Source: Callorhinchus milii
Lineage: Eukaryota
NCBI RefSeq assembly: GCF_018977255.1
Contig: NW_024704742.1
Location: forward strand, 90,522,001-90,586,000
Length of the DNA stretch: 64,000 nucleotides
Reading direction: 5' to 3'
The notes beneath the pieces were generated by a model. It saw nothing but the letters and a program-made list of their open reading frames with translations, was not told the origin of the DNA and made no database searches. The translations under genes and the position numbers were made by a program. This document shows, in pieces, positions 39,236-52,110 of the stretch. How positions within the stretch are numbered: position 1 is the stretch's first letter; each line of letters starts with the position of its first letter.

Positions 39236-40249
39236 AATGAAATAAAGGGAACATAATAGGATATGAACATGGGCTGATGATTTGCAAACAAAATTCAAGA
39301 CAGATAAATCCAAAGATACAGCATATAGGAAATGAAGATATCCCATAGATGGAATACAACTTGACAATGAAATGAAACATGAGAGACATAATGGTGTTAT
39401 TGACTTGGCTTGTTGGTCCCCATGTCAAAAGGCAAGAATAAACAAGGCTGATATGATACTGAACTATATTGCCAAATCAGTTGAGTTGAAATCTCCAGAA
39501 TACATGCTCACGTTGTCTAGTACTCTGGTCAGTTGTTGTCAGGCTGCACCTGGAGTACAACATATAAATGGAATGGTCATTCATGTGGATATTTTGGAAG
39601 GATGAGATCAAATGAGCCGAAAACCTTCTTCATACAAACAAATCTTGTGTCCTGTGAAAAGCATTGGAAAAAAGTCAAGTCTAGAGCTTGCGAAGACATG
39701 TATGAGAATTTTGTCTGCATTGTGGTGAGGCAAGAATGGAGGTGGGCAATGGTATGTTGTGTATTTGGTCAAAGACCAGATATAAGGCTTAGAGGAGAGC
39801 TGAAGATCAAATAAAACGCCTGCATTCCCACGAAGTGAGCAGCTGGAATAAGCAGTGGAGAAGTTGTCAGCAAAAACTAATGCATTTATGCAGCAACTTT
39901 CATTAAAAAATGAATAGCTCAAAGCACTTTACAAAATGTAATTGATCAGAGTTGAAGTAAATGTTATTATATAGGCAAACATCATTCTATAAATAAAAAT
40001 GAAACGAACAGCCAATTACCAATTGAATTGATGGTAATTAGAATTAAGTGGGGAATATGAAGCAGCATAACTGGGAGAAGAATTCCATGGGCATTTAAAA
40101 TAGTAACAGCTTTGTCTACCTAAAACAGAGGCAGACAGAACTTAAATTAATTTAATCAAAGACTAGTTTGACCACTTGGCAATAAAATAAATTGTACGCA
40201 ACATACAATGGCATGTAGGCAAACATAGCAAATAATCTGTGCCACCTAT

Positions 40250-40740
40250 GTTCCACAAACAATAAAAGCCAGAAATGAGGATCTGTCAGAGAAGCAAGAT
40301 GGTTTTTATGAAGTCTAACAAAGTTGAGGCTCAACCAGGGCTTGATATCTGACAGGCAGTATGTCAGGATAACAGTAGTCCTGGAGTCAGGAGTGTAAGC
40401 AGAGAGGTTGAGCAGGTGTCAGCCATATACATGTGGAAGTGGACATCACTAAGGGGGAACAAGTGCATGAGTTCCAAGGATGGAGCACTAAGAAAAGCCC
40501 CATATGACTATTTGTGGGCAGAAAGAGAAGACCTTGGAAGAAAAAAAACCTGAAGAAGCCGATGACAACAACAAATTACATTTTATAGCACCTTTCAGGT
40601 CAGGCGGACGCCCCAAGGTGCTGGACCACCATGGATTTGGAACCGAGCAGGGAGATCAGGAGGGGTGAAGGGCAGGGAGGATAGGGGTAGGAAAGTGACC
40701 AAAGGCATGGTCGAAGAGGAGGGTTGGAACATGCTGAGCA
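40250..40740 (-). mobile_element. Old L2 fragments plus L2 tail
   Basis: aagttgagg..caacc, catatacatgtggaagt RT remnants; acaacaac...agcacctttcaggtcagg tail. Confidence 0.65.
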
Positions 40741-41322
40741 GAGGGAGCGGACAGATCAATATGGAGTTAGCAGATCAAACATAGAAGGAGCCAGATGACA
40801 CTGATAAGAATGAAACCAAGAAAATGCGATTAGCACATATGTGTGTTCAAGATGCCATGATGAAATCATATAGCACCTCTCTACTAACCACACCATCACA
40901 AATGCTTTAAGTTGTTAAATTGAATGTTGCGTACTGCCTTGTGTTGCAAAGCACAGTGAGATCAAGCTTGTACAATTAAAGAAAATAAACATTTTAGACA
41001 AGAGAGTAAAACAGGGAAGAGGGACCAAACCAAAAGGCATCAATATTACTGAATCGATAATCTACAGATTTTAAGATTTTCAATATAGACTGTAATTTTC
41101 AATTTGTGTGTGAATAGGACATTGATGGCCTTGGAAAAAGACAGCTGTAACATGTTGGGTGGCGGGGAGATAAACAACTTCTGCCCCTAAAGGATTGGGA
41201 GGAGACAGTAGCCTGAAGATAGCAATGGCCTCGAGGAGAGAGCACATATCCTCTCCAGAAGCAGGATGAGTTGCGTGTCTGGGTGTCTGTGTGTGCGTGG
41301 GGTGGGGGGTGGAGAGGGGGAG

Positions 41323-41352
41323 GAGAGAGCGAGAGAGAGAGAGAGAGAGAGA
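41323..41352. repeat. (GA)n microsatellite
   Basis: Run of GA dinucleotides with one GC interruption. Confidence 0.95.
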
Positions 41353-42406
41353 GGCTGCTTGTGAGCGGCAGAAGAATCTGGTCCAATTAGGATCAACTAT
41401 TTTTCTAATTATCTGTTACCAGATAAAGGACTCTCAACGTCTCCGAGATTGATGAGAGCATATAGCACAACAATATAAACTTCTACATTGTACAGTGATA
41501 AATAGGTAGCTTGGATTTTAAAGTTATTAGTTCAATAAGCACTTTTTATACCCTAGTTTTGTATACCCTTTGTTCTTACATATTTTCATTAAAATAAAAA
41601 AACTTTATTTTCTTGTCAAAAGTCTCTTAAGAGAAATGCCTTGAAATCACTTGAAGACTTGAGATGAATTTAAATCAGTTCAGTATTAGTCTATAGCTCT
41701 TCAGGTTTTTTTTAAACAGCACCTCTGCCAATTATTTGTGACAGATATTCATTCATTAGTTAATATTATTTCCAATAATGATACATACTAATACATAACT
41801 ATTACTGCGCACAATTGTAAACCGATCAGCATGGATTTGAAGATTTTCATTAATAGGTGTGTGGAGCAGGTCAGTGATTCAAACCTAAAGATTGCATTAT
41901 AAATGTGACCATACAGTGCAGCAGATTCATGTACTCCACTGTTATTTGGAGACTAGAAAAAAAGAAAGAATAATCGGAGCTCCACAAACAGGCTGTCTTC
42001 ATTTCAGCAATCAAGCAGTCCCATTGGTCCTGTTTAATTTAAAAGAGATGTCCAAGACTCCAGTGCTTGACATCACAGTGGTAAATCAGATGTGCTAATC
42101 CATACAAATACGCACATCGTTAGTCAAATATTGTTCTTGTAAAAAAATATTGTGGACAATTAGGAACATGAATCAGTTATTTAATATAACCCATTATAGA
42201 TTCTAAAACGATTTGAGAAGTTTTGTCAGTTTATTTTCCTTAAACCTAACACGTATTTGCTGCTGCCTGGTTTGAAAGAAAAATAAAGAGCCGGGGCACA
42301 CTGTTTCATTAATATGTGTACATTTCAACAAATAAGCTTTCCTTATCTGATCATCAAATTGGTGGATGACATTAATTTAATTTTATTGCTTTCTAAACTA
42401 TCATTT

Positions 42407-42722
42407 AATAATAATAATAATAATCCTTGAATTTGATATAGCGCTTTTCACGTCTTCAAGACGTCTCAAAGCGCTTCACAAAATATACTGTAAAGTAAAT
42501 TGACTGTATAATTGTGGGCAAAACGCGGCAGCCAATTGCGTACAGCGGTGTCCCACAAACAGTCGTGGATTGACGTGAACAATTTATTATTTTTTTCTTG
42601 AGGGATTATTATTAAGCGTGTAGAGTAAGGAAATTTGCCCAAGGTTTCACCTTGCTGGGAATCAAACTCAGGTCTCTCGCTTGAGAGGCAAGTGCTCTAA
42701 CCACTGAGCTACAGAGCTCCAC
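42407..42722 (-). mobile_element. tRNA-Ala SINE, short subfamily
   Basis: Full head-to-tail reverse-complement match. Confidence 0.92.
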
Positions 42723-43157
42723 AAATATTCTAAGGAATTCTAAAATAGGCACAAAAAAGAGATCTTTTCTCTATCCCAAAAGTTAATGGACCCACCTCTG
42801 ATAATTCGGCACTCACTGGACAGTCAGTCTAGACTATCAATCTCAAGACCCAATATTTATACATTTTACGCTTCACCTCAATTAGACTAGATTTGTACAT
42901 CGCTATATTGAGAGGTCACTAATTTTGTTTTCTAAGTCTCTGCATAATAATAGTTCTGATTATTAATTTAACACATCAAATGCTTCAGAATACGATACAA
43001 CAAGTAACTTTATCGGCCCCGATTTTATCTGTAGCCACTTGTATGGAATTCGCACAATTTCACATAAGCAGAGTCTGGTTTTGAATTCGAGCTCAGATCA
43101 ATGAGGCAAGGCTACCACTAGGTTGTGCCAAACACAACAGCTATGAGTTTGTCATAC

Positions 43158-43255
43158 TTTTCCTGCAACTCCCGAATTTGTTCCTCCTTCAACTGTTTTT
43201 CTGCTTTCATTGTTTTAATAGTAATTGCACGCTTCGAAATCTCATTTGTTGCATT
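43158..43255 (-). CDS. CNTLN: Centlein coding exon (NATNEISKRAITIKTMKAEKQLKEEQIRELQE), 98 nt, phase 0-2
   Basis: ttttgctgtttcAG acceptor, AA|GTATGA donor; in frame with both neighbours; matches centlein NATNE...KEE motif. Confidence 0.92.
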
Positions 43256-43799
43256 CTGAAACAGCAAAACAAAGAATAAGTTGGATATCAGAAACACACT
43301 CCACTTTGACAGCTCATTATAATAAAACCTTGCGTTGGTACAACTTGGAATGCAGCTTTAAAAGTTCTTTTTAGAGCTGAAAGCCATTCTTGAAATATTG
43401 ATACCTACCTATTTATATTCCTGATAATAGTTCATGTTTGTAGCTGACTATACATTTTGCTATATCACAATTTGCCTCCTTACACCTTGTAATTGTTTGC
43501 CTTTCTACCGAAGTACAGCAAGATAACACAGGAACACTATAATTGATTTTTAAAAATTGATTTAATTGGATATAATGATTCACAAATTTCTAATGGCTTG
43601 TACATGCTTAATATTCATGTTAAGGCACATATACAATCATTTTATAGACATTTGTTGGTAAATTGCTATGTTCAAATTGGCTGCCACATTCACCTGCACA
43701 GTGTTAAAATAAACGTGGGAGCTTTGTGGGAAAATTTTGCCCTTAACGCCATAGAAAACAGAATTATGAAAATATTTTTGAATAGTGAAGAGTCCTAAC

Positions 43800-43994
43800 C
43801 TTTAATTTACTCTGCAACTGCTTCAATTCTGCTTCCATGCTTCTGATGGGAGTAGTTGGAGTCTGGCTCGAGGTCAAAGGTGAATGCTCATCTGTTGACC
43901 TTATGCTTGAGGGCTGCTGCTCCATCATCTGGTTTAGTCTCTTGTCCAATGTATCCTTCTGCTGCTGCAACTCATTGAGGTCAAAAGTCAGCTT
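43800..43994 (-). CDS. CNTLN: Centlein internal coding exon (KLTFDLNELQQQ...RSMEAELKQLQSKLK), 195 nt, phase 0-0
   Basis: ttttgcgtttaaacAG acceptor and AAG|GTTAGG donor; 65 open codons; resembles recalled mammalian centlein segment ending SMDLEMKQLQYKLK. Confidence 0.9.
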
Positions 43995-44249
43995 CTGTTT
44001 AAACGCAAAACAAATAGAAAGTCCAACTTTACTTTCAGCTAAACTCAGTGTGCTGGTTCTGATCACACACCAAGCCAACTTACAAAATGTATTGAGAGAA
44101 GAAGTATTATACTTTGAGACTGCCCACAAGCTAGGTTCCTTACATTTACTGGACTGTCCAGTTGACAAAGCAAAGCTGCCCAAGTGTGTTACCAGCTTAA
44201 CTTTGATTTGTTTTGTGTGGTTCAACCTCCAACTATCTTTCAAACCCTA

Positions 44250-44665
44250 CGTTCAGGCTCTCACTAGTCAGCTTTCCCTCATTTCAGCAATATCCCCTGC
44301 TTCTCCTTAGAGCTGTCGAGACCCTCATTGACATCTTCATCACATTCAGGCTCAACAATTCAAACGCCCCGCTCACCACTCCGCATGTCCTCCCTTGACA
44401 AGCTGTAGACCATCCAGAACTCTGCAGCTCATGTCCTCTCCTGGACTTCACAAGCCCATTATGCTCACTCGGCCCCACTCGCTTCCCATTCCCCAGCAAA
44501 TCCAACTCCATTCCAGAGTCTCTCAACCTTGCCTCCACCCACCCAATCTTTAAAGCCCACCTTGGTACCCTTCTTTTTAACTGCACTTTCAGTCACCTTT
44601 CCTAACTCTCTCCTCCGCCTCGGCTCGGGTACCAGTTAGATGTGTATAGCTCTTTGAGATGTCGA
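44250..44665 (+). mobile_element. Degenerate L2 3' fragment
   Basis: gagaccctcatt...ttcatcacattcaggctcaac and ccagaactctgcagctcatgtcctc motifs shared with the 1543 copy. Confidence 0.75.
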
Positions 44666-46511
44666 TACTTCTCTGATACTTTAGCTTTGGTTCAGAATTT
44701 TTACACAAAATTAAAGTATCGGCGAACAATCCATATTCAGCATAAATTACCAGACATTTACATACATATATTAGGTGTAATAAAGAAAATTTGCTAAGAG
44801 GTAAACATTGTGTATGCAAACCACAAATATTTCTGACAGCTAGGAGAAAGACTCTGCTCAGCTACTATAAATTACACAGCATGTATAAAGGGAATGCTTT
44901 GTTCAAGAGGGCACAGTCCTGTTTACTTTCAAATTTATAATACTTAGCACAAGATGACAAGAATGAACCAAATCCCTGATGTTTACTTTTAGATTTAATT
45001 CCCAGTAAACCAAATGTTGCTGTTAATTGAAAGTTGTTGATGTGTTTGCTTTTAATGTGTGAAGTTCAGATCCGCCAAGTATACACTTTCAATTCCAAGG
45101 TAGATGTCATATCGTCTCCAGCAATACTTAGCGAGAACATTTGAGACAAGTAGAATAGTTAGGCTTACTGACACAATTATGGTGAGAACACTGTGAAAAT
45201 AATCGAATAAGGAATATTTTAAAGTTATGCTAAACTACATGGAGAGTGATGGATACCTGTGGCTGTTTACAGTATAAAGTAGCAATCTAACCAAGGGATG
45301 TCAATGAAATAACAAACAACATTAAACCCTGGATAAACCCAGGGATTAGATTACAGTCTTGAAACGTCTTCTCAGCATTTGTTATTAGTTGTAATATATA
45401 GCATTTTATTTTTTACATGGCTGTTTGAATAGTAGAAAGTCACTATTCCTCAAAATTTCTAGGAAATAGCGCATTTTTTTTCAAGTACCAAGTGTGGACA
45501 ATTCCTACTAAAGTCTGTATAATATGTCTGTCAAAAACATTGATGAAATAAAATAAACATGTAGGAGATTTGTAAATGATTAGCCTATTTAACGGGCAAG
45601 AAATTAATGTAAACCAACTTTAAATCTGCACAAATTAGTCAAACATTCTATTGCTTATGGTACTCAAATATAGCCAGAGGTTTGTTCAAACCAGGCTTTC
45701 ATCTAACATTTACTTAACCAATTACCGCATGTAAATACAGTCTCACAGATGTACATTATACAGCACTGTAATTGTGCTGAAAATGGCAGTGTAAATGCAC
45801 ATCAAGTCATAAAGTGTATATCTGAACCACACTAAAAACAACAAATTGCATTTATGTAGAGCCTTTCGCGTTGGGAAGAACTCAAAGAACTTGGTTCCGA
45901 TCCGAGATCTGGTTAGAGCTGAGTTCTTGGTGTAATACACACGAGATTCCCTGGAGAAGATGTACTTTATAAACAGGCTGCTTTTTCTGGTGTAAGGCAC
46001 CATTTTCCCAATAACTGATTTTTAAATCACAATGTCACTTGGTGACTTTTGGAGACAGAAATTTTAAAGTCAAAACAAAATAGATTAATGCCAACCAGCA
46101 CTTTATCTGAGAGATTGTCGACTCACTGAGATTCAAGTGTCCCTAAACTTAAATACAACAGCAATGACTGAGCTACAATTGAGTTTTCCCCTTCTAGTTG
46201 CTGATCTCAGAACTCAAACACAACTCAATACAGTATCTCACTGCCTTTCAGAACCTAAAACAAACAGGGTCACGTGTCTGCAAGATAACGGATATAATCC
46301 ATTTTAAATCCATTCTAGGCAAAGCGCTTTATAATAACATACTTTTTAACCTTCTTGTGTTTTTTAAAATACAATCTTTTATTTTAATCCTACGGTTTGA
46401 CTTTTAAAATACACAGATTAGAAACATATTAGGAATTACAAGATATCTTGTGGGCTATGTTATGTTAGTTTAAGGATTAACTATTTTTAGTTCAAATTGC
46501 AAATGTTGAGA

Positions 46512-46750
46512 CTTGCTTAACAGTTCAGCAAGTAAATGCACTGCCTGGTGTGATACTGAACCATACAGATGAGAGAGAAACAGATTTAATGTTTGGTTTA
46601 GTGCTCAGTTAGTGGATCTCAATTGCAACTCCAATAATTGGTCACAAATACCAAACTAGGAAAGACAAGAAAAACACAATTCAGGTTCTCCCTGATTATA
46701 CTGCTGCTTATAAGCCTGTGTATGTCATGGTAGGGAAGAAGCAGGCTTGT
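46512..46750 (+). mobile_element. Ancient AmnSINE2-like SINE
   Basis: gtaaatgcactgcctggtgtgatactgaaccatacaga...gtgctcagttagtggatctc resembles recalled AmnSINE2 head. Confidence 0.55.
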
Positions 46751-48215
46751 CACATTCTCCATCTTCAAATATACTATCCTCTAGGGAGTGCAGTGACAGT
46801 GTAGGGTAGTCAATTTATAGATCAATATCGAAAACTTCAACTATCAATTCTTGGGTGTACATTGCTTTTACTGCACCAACATCCTAAGTTTTGGTCCATT
46901 TAAATTTAGAAAATAATTTGCCTCTTTACTTCTAAGACGTTAAATCAGTTTAGCTAATCCTAAACTGCTAGGTAGTGCTTCTGAGCAAGAATATCTTTTC
47001 ATGCAACATCAATTTATTTGCAGTATACCATTATTGTTACTTCAACGAAACATGATTTAGCACTAGGGTCTGATACCGCACGTTTGAACAGTAAAGTACC
47101 ATACTAAATAGTACAGTAGTGTGAACAAGATCTGTCCATGCATTCTTGTACAAATAGATCAACAAAATAATGATAAACCGTAGTCATTCATCTGATTGTG
47201 GCAGATTGTGGATCATTTCTTACTCAGATTCTCATTGCAGTCAATGCACTCTGCAAATAAATGAATTGAGTGAAGCTCTTAGGAACATAGGGAAACAGGA
47301 AGAAGACAGTCATTCAGTCGATTGAGCCTATTGCATTTCTATTGACACGTGAAAGTGCATCATTATTTAATTTTTTTATGGATGTGCTCTCTTACTTGGA
47401 ATACCACACTGATATTTAGCACTGGCATTAAATGGTTGCTATTCTTTTACATATCACCACATGCTGCAGAATGCACATAGCTGTTTTGTAATATAACTTG
47501 TAACTTGCACTTATGCCTCAAAGGTATTGTAACAATAAGTAAAATATTATATCAACTTTCTCCAGTAGTGTTTGCAATAAGCTACATTGATTGTTCTTAT
47601 TCTGACATGTTGCTTCACACATTGCATCTATATCTTTGTAATTGCTGCTAATTGCCAACTAAAAACTCTTCCTGAAGAACTACACTTGTGGAATATAGAG
47701 AAAAAAAAGGAAAGTGGGATGAATAAAAATGAATAATCATGTCAGCAAGCCATTTGGCCATATAAGGCAACACAGCCAAGCCAGACCTCTTCCAAACAAA
47801 TTAATTCAATCAGAACATCCCAGAGTATTGAAATGAAGTTGAAGCCACCTTCGAACTTGCTGGTTAGTCTCAGCATAACTGGACGGTACTCAACATTTCC
47901 TGTTGATACTGATTAGCTAAGGAATAGAATAAAATGTATTGATAAAATATACAGTTTACAAATTCCAGTTTAGTAGTGGATTAGCTATGAAACAAAACAA
48001 TAATTAGCTGGGTTGGAAAATTTGTTTTATTCGACCTAAAAAGAATGATTTGGACTGTGAATTTGATCAACTAAACTTCTGACTGTAGAGCGTATGTCTT
48101 GTGTCTCATTATTAACACTACAAAATATGGCAGATGCTGCGTTAAAACATGAACAGAAATTGGCTATGTTGTGATGCTTTTCACCAGTTGAATATTCTGC
48201 TGAACTTTTTTTTAT

Positions 48216-50015
48216 ATAGGAACATAGGAATTAGGAGCAGGAGTAGGCCATTCAGCCCCTCGAGCCTGCCCTGCCATTCAATAAGATCATGGCTGATCTT
48301 CTACCCTAACTCCATCTGCCCGTCTTATCCCCATATCCCTTAATACCTCTATCCTTTAGAAATCTATCAACCTCAGTCTTGAATATGTTCAAGGACTGAG
48401 CATTTACAGCCTTCGGGGGTAGAGAATTCCATAAATTCACTACCCTCTGAGTGAACAAGTGTTTCCTCAACTTTGGTTGAAAAGGCTGACCCTTAATCTT
48501 AAGACTGTGACCCCTAGTTGTAGATTCTCCTACCAGGGAAAACCGTCTCACACTGTCTACTCTGTCAAGCCCAATAAGAATTTTACATGTAATTCTTCTA
48601 TAATCTAGAGAATATAGGCCTAGTTTACTCAGCCTATCCTCATAGGTCAACCCCCTCATCCCAGGAACCAACCTAGTGAATCTACACTGCACCCCCTCTA
48701 AGGTGAGTATGTCCTTTCTTAAATAAGGAGACCAAAACTGCACACAAAATTCTAGGTGCGGTTTCACCAAGGCCCTATACAGTTGCAGAAAGATTTCTCT
48801 ACTCTTGTACTCAAACCCTTTTGCAACAAACGCCAACATGGCATTAGCTTTCCTCGTTTCTTGCTGTACCTGCATACTAACTTTTTGCGACTAATGTACA
48901 AGGACATCCAAATCCCTCTGAACACTAACACTATCTAGTATCTCCCCCTCTAGAAAATAATCTGCTTTTCGGTTTTTACTACCTAGGTGAATAACTTCAC
49001 ATTTCCCCAAATTATATTCCATCTGCCACCTTCTTGCCCACTCCCCTAGCCTATCTATATCCCTTTGCAATCTTTTTGTGTCATCCTCAGAGCTTACTCT
49101 CCCACCTAGCTTAGTATCATCCGCGAATTTAGATATTTTAAGTTCTATTCCTCGTCTAGATCATTGATATAGATTGTAAGTAGTTGAGTGATCAGTGATT
49201 GTAGCTGATCCTTGTGGCACTCCACTAGTAACATCCCGCCAATCTGAGAAGGACCCGTTTATCCCTACTCTCTGTTTTCTTCCCGTTAGCCACTTTTCGA
49301 TCTATGCTAATATACTGCCTTTAATTCCATGGGCCCTAATCTTGTGTAGCAGCCTTTTATGTGGCACCTTGTCGAATGCCTTCTGAAAATCTAAATATAT
49401 TACATCTACTGGATTCCCCCCTATCTAACCTACTAGTTACATCCTCAAAAAACTCTAAAAGATTTGTTAAGCATGACTTCCCTTTTGTAAAGCCATGTTG
49501 ACTCTGCCTAATCATGTTATGGTCTTCTAAGTACCCCACTACGACGTCCCTAACAACAACAGCAAGATTACATTTGTATAGCGCCATTTACGTCAGGAGG
49601 ACATCCCAAGTCGCTGATTCAAATGAGGCAGGCGGGAAGGCGTCACGCGGCAGCCTGTTGATGATTGACTGAGCCCTCAGAGTCCGGGATGGCGCTGATG
49701 GCAGTGAGGGCGCTGGTGGTGAGGACCAGCCGAGGCGGTGAGTCCTTGCGAGTCCCTTCGCACAACACCGGGCGGCCTCAGGCCCCACGCTGGGTCTTGT
49801 CGCCGCTTGGATTCTAGAATTTTCCCTACCACCGATGACAGACTGACTGGTCTATAGATCCCCATCTTCTCTCTCCCAACCTTCTTAAATAGTGGTGTTA
49901 TGTTTGCGATCTTCCAATCAATGGGAATCGTTCCAGAATCCAGAGAATTTTGGAAGATCAAAAACAAGGCATCCACTATCTCAGCAGCCATCTCTTTTAA
50001 AACCCTAGGATGCAG
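48216..50015 (-). mobile_element. CR1 LINE, ~1.55 kb of ORF2 plus 3' end, with nested insertion at 49552-49808
   Basis: WKIANITPLFKK, YRPVSLSSVVGK, QHGFTKGKSCLTNLLEFFE and VKPHLEFCVQFWSP peptides; same family as the 30727 copy. Confidence 0.96.
49552..49808 (-). mobile_element. Non-autonomous retroposon: CpG-rich body of unknown origin plus L2 tail
   Basis: Splits CR1 ORF2 between GKILES and RDVV; ends ttgggatgtcctcctgacgtaaatggcgctatacaaatgtaatcttgctgttgttgtt. Confidence 0.8.
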
Positions 50016-50129
50016 TTATATATGTTATATATTCTATATGTTATATATAGAATTTAGTGTGTCCAATTACTTTTCTAAGTTTCTCTCCAGTGGTACAGGC
50101 CTCTGCTCTTGGCCCCAGTCTCCTCTTGC

Positions 50130-50290
50130 TGTGCTGGGGTTTCACAGGTGTTGATTTTCCTCCAGTACCCCATTGTTCATGTGTGAGCCTTTCACTGAGT
50201 GTCCACAAGCCATTTGACCATAAAGGGCAACACAGCCAAGTGGACCTCCTCCATGCAGCGCTGATACACGCACACACACCCACTAAGTAG
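50130..50290 (-). mobile_element. AmnSINE2-like 3' fragment
   Basis: Reverse complement gacactcagtgaaaggctcacacatgaacaatgg..tactggagg resembles recalled AmnSINE2 body; related text at ~47750. Confidence 0.5.
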
Positions 50291-51007
50291 AGGCTCCAGA
50301 CAGAGTAAACTAGTTTTACCTTCTATGATCATAGGAAAGGTTGGGGCCAATTCAGTCTCTCTATACAACCCTGGAGAGACCGCAAAACTCGTCATTGACC
50401 TGATTCAATCATGTTCACGTCTCTCCATGGTCTCACTCCACCCTAGATCTGCAACTTCCTGCTACCTTACTGTGCTGACCATTCCCTTAGCTCAGCTAAC
50501 ACTGGCCTGCTTTATGACCTCCTCCTAATGTGCTCCATCATAGGTAGCCCAGCTATCAGCCATTCTGTCCCCACTCTCTGGAACTCCATCTTGAATTCCC
50601 TCCGACAGCCCTTCTCTCTCCACCTTTAAGGTCAACTTTAAGGGGTATCTTTTCAACTGTGCTATTGCACACAACAAACTCCAAGGAATTTCAATGCTTT
50701 ATTCTTACAAATGCAAGCAGCACTTTCATAAATAAGTATAGGTTTCTTAGTTTGTTATATAAAAACTTAATTTCCAATCAATTATGATGTAAATTACTTC
50801 AAGATGTTTATTTTTACATAAAAAGCACTTTATAACAGCAAGTTATTATGATCATGATGCTTTGTACCTCAATACAGATAACTTTATATCTACCACTCAT
50901 AAATGCACCCTGCTGGTTTATAAAGACAAGATAACCTGTTGAAAATTTGAACAGCAATGTGCTGTATACGTTTGCAAGTATCTCTGCAACACTGCAATGC
51001 AACACAT

Positions 51008-52110
51008 ACAACAACTTGCATTTATAAAGTGCTCTTCACGCGAGGTAGCACTTGACAGTGGCAGAGTCTGACACCAAGGGGAGAGGGAGGTGACCGCATG
51101 GCCATCAATGGTAGAACGGAGGGGACGAGGGACAAACAGGATGCCGGAGCCAGCCGAGTAGTGGTATGGATTGGTGGAGTGGGGTGTAAGTAATTTGGAA
51201 AGGTAGGGAGGTGCAAGGGCATGAAGGGATTTGAAAATTAGTTAGAGGATCTTGAAATAGATCCATTCGGTTATTGGAAACCAGTGCAGCCTGGCAAGGA
51301 CTGGTGTGATGAGGGTACAGTTTTGTGAGGGTGAGTTTCTGGGTGGCAGAGTTTTTAATTAGTTGAATTTTGTGTAGAGAGGAGCTGGGGAGACCAGCGA
51401 GGAGGGCATTGGAATACAACAACAATAAGATTGCATTTATAGAGCGCCTTTCACGTCGGGAGGACGTCCCAAGGCGCTGTACAGTTGGGTCAGGACCCGA
51501 GCAGGGGGGAAATGGTCAGGGTGAGGGGAGGGAAGGGAGGGAGCGAGGAGTGGGTAGAGAGTCGAGAGGGGAGCTGAAGGCACGGTCAAAGAGAAAATAG
51601 TCCAGCCGGGAAGTGACGAAGGAATGGATGAGGGTTTCAGCTGCTGTGGGTGTGAGGTACAGATGGAGGCGGGCAATGTGACGGAAGTGGAAAAAGGTGG
51701 TCCTGGTCAGGAACGGATGTGGGGTAGAAAGGAAAGCTGGGGATCGAACCTAATGCCAAAATTACACACGGGTTTGGTTAGTCTGGGGGAGAGACCGGGG
51801 AGGTTGAGGAGTTCAGACCCACAGGAGAGAAGACATTCAGTATGGTTTCCGACTTGCCGACGTTCAGCTGCGGGAATTTTGCGCTCATCCAGGCCTTGAT
51901 TGCCATCAAACAAGCTGACAGGACATCAGCAGACTGGGAGTCGCAGCTGAGAGAGAAGTAGATTTTGGTGTCCTCCGCATACATGTGGAAGTTGACCCTA
52001 TGTCTATGGATGACATCGCTGAGAGGAAGCATGTAGATAAAGAAGTGGAGGGGGTCAAGGATGGAGACTGGGATACCCCACAAGCGACTGGACAGGGGCG
52101 GGAGGAAAAA
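51008..52110 (-). mobile_element. Older L2 LINE fragment containing a nested young L2 end
   Basis: PLHFFIYMLPL...FHMYAEDTKIY RT motif, L2 tail at ~51008-51050. Confidence 0.9.
51417..51596 (-). mobile_element. Young L2 3'-end insertion (short form) nested in older L2
   Basis: Interrupts ggaata|gtccagcc with apparent AATA duplication; intact CpGs. Confidence 0.93.

Noticed and set aside
43837..44310. 157-aa plus-strand ORF
   Set aside because: Antisense shadow of the CNTLN exon; same for 32800..33144 and 18232..18510
48306..48875. 189-aa ORF as a host gene
   Set aside because: It is the C-terminal part of a 5'-truncated, interrupted CR1 ORF2
50041..50290. Possible CNTLN exon with donor AAA|GTAATT near 50070
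   Set aside because: Overlaps an AmnSINE2-like fragment, no good acceptor, no centlein similarity
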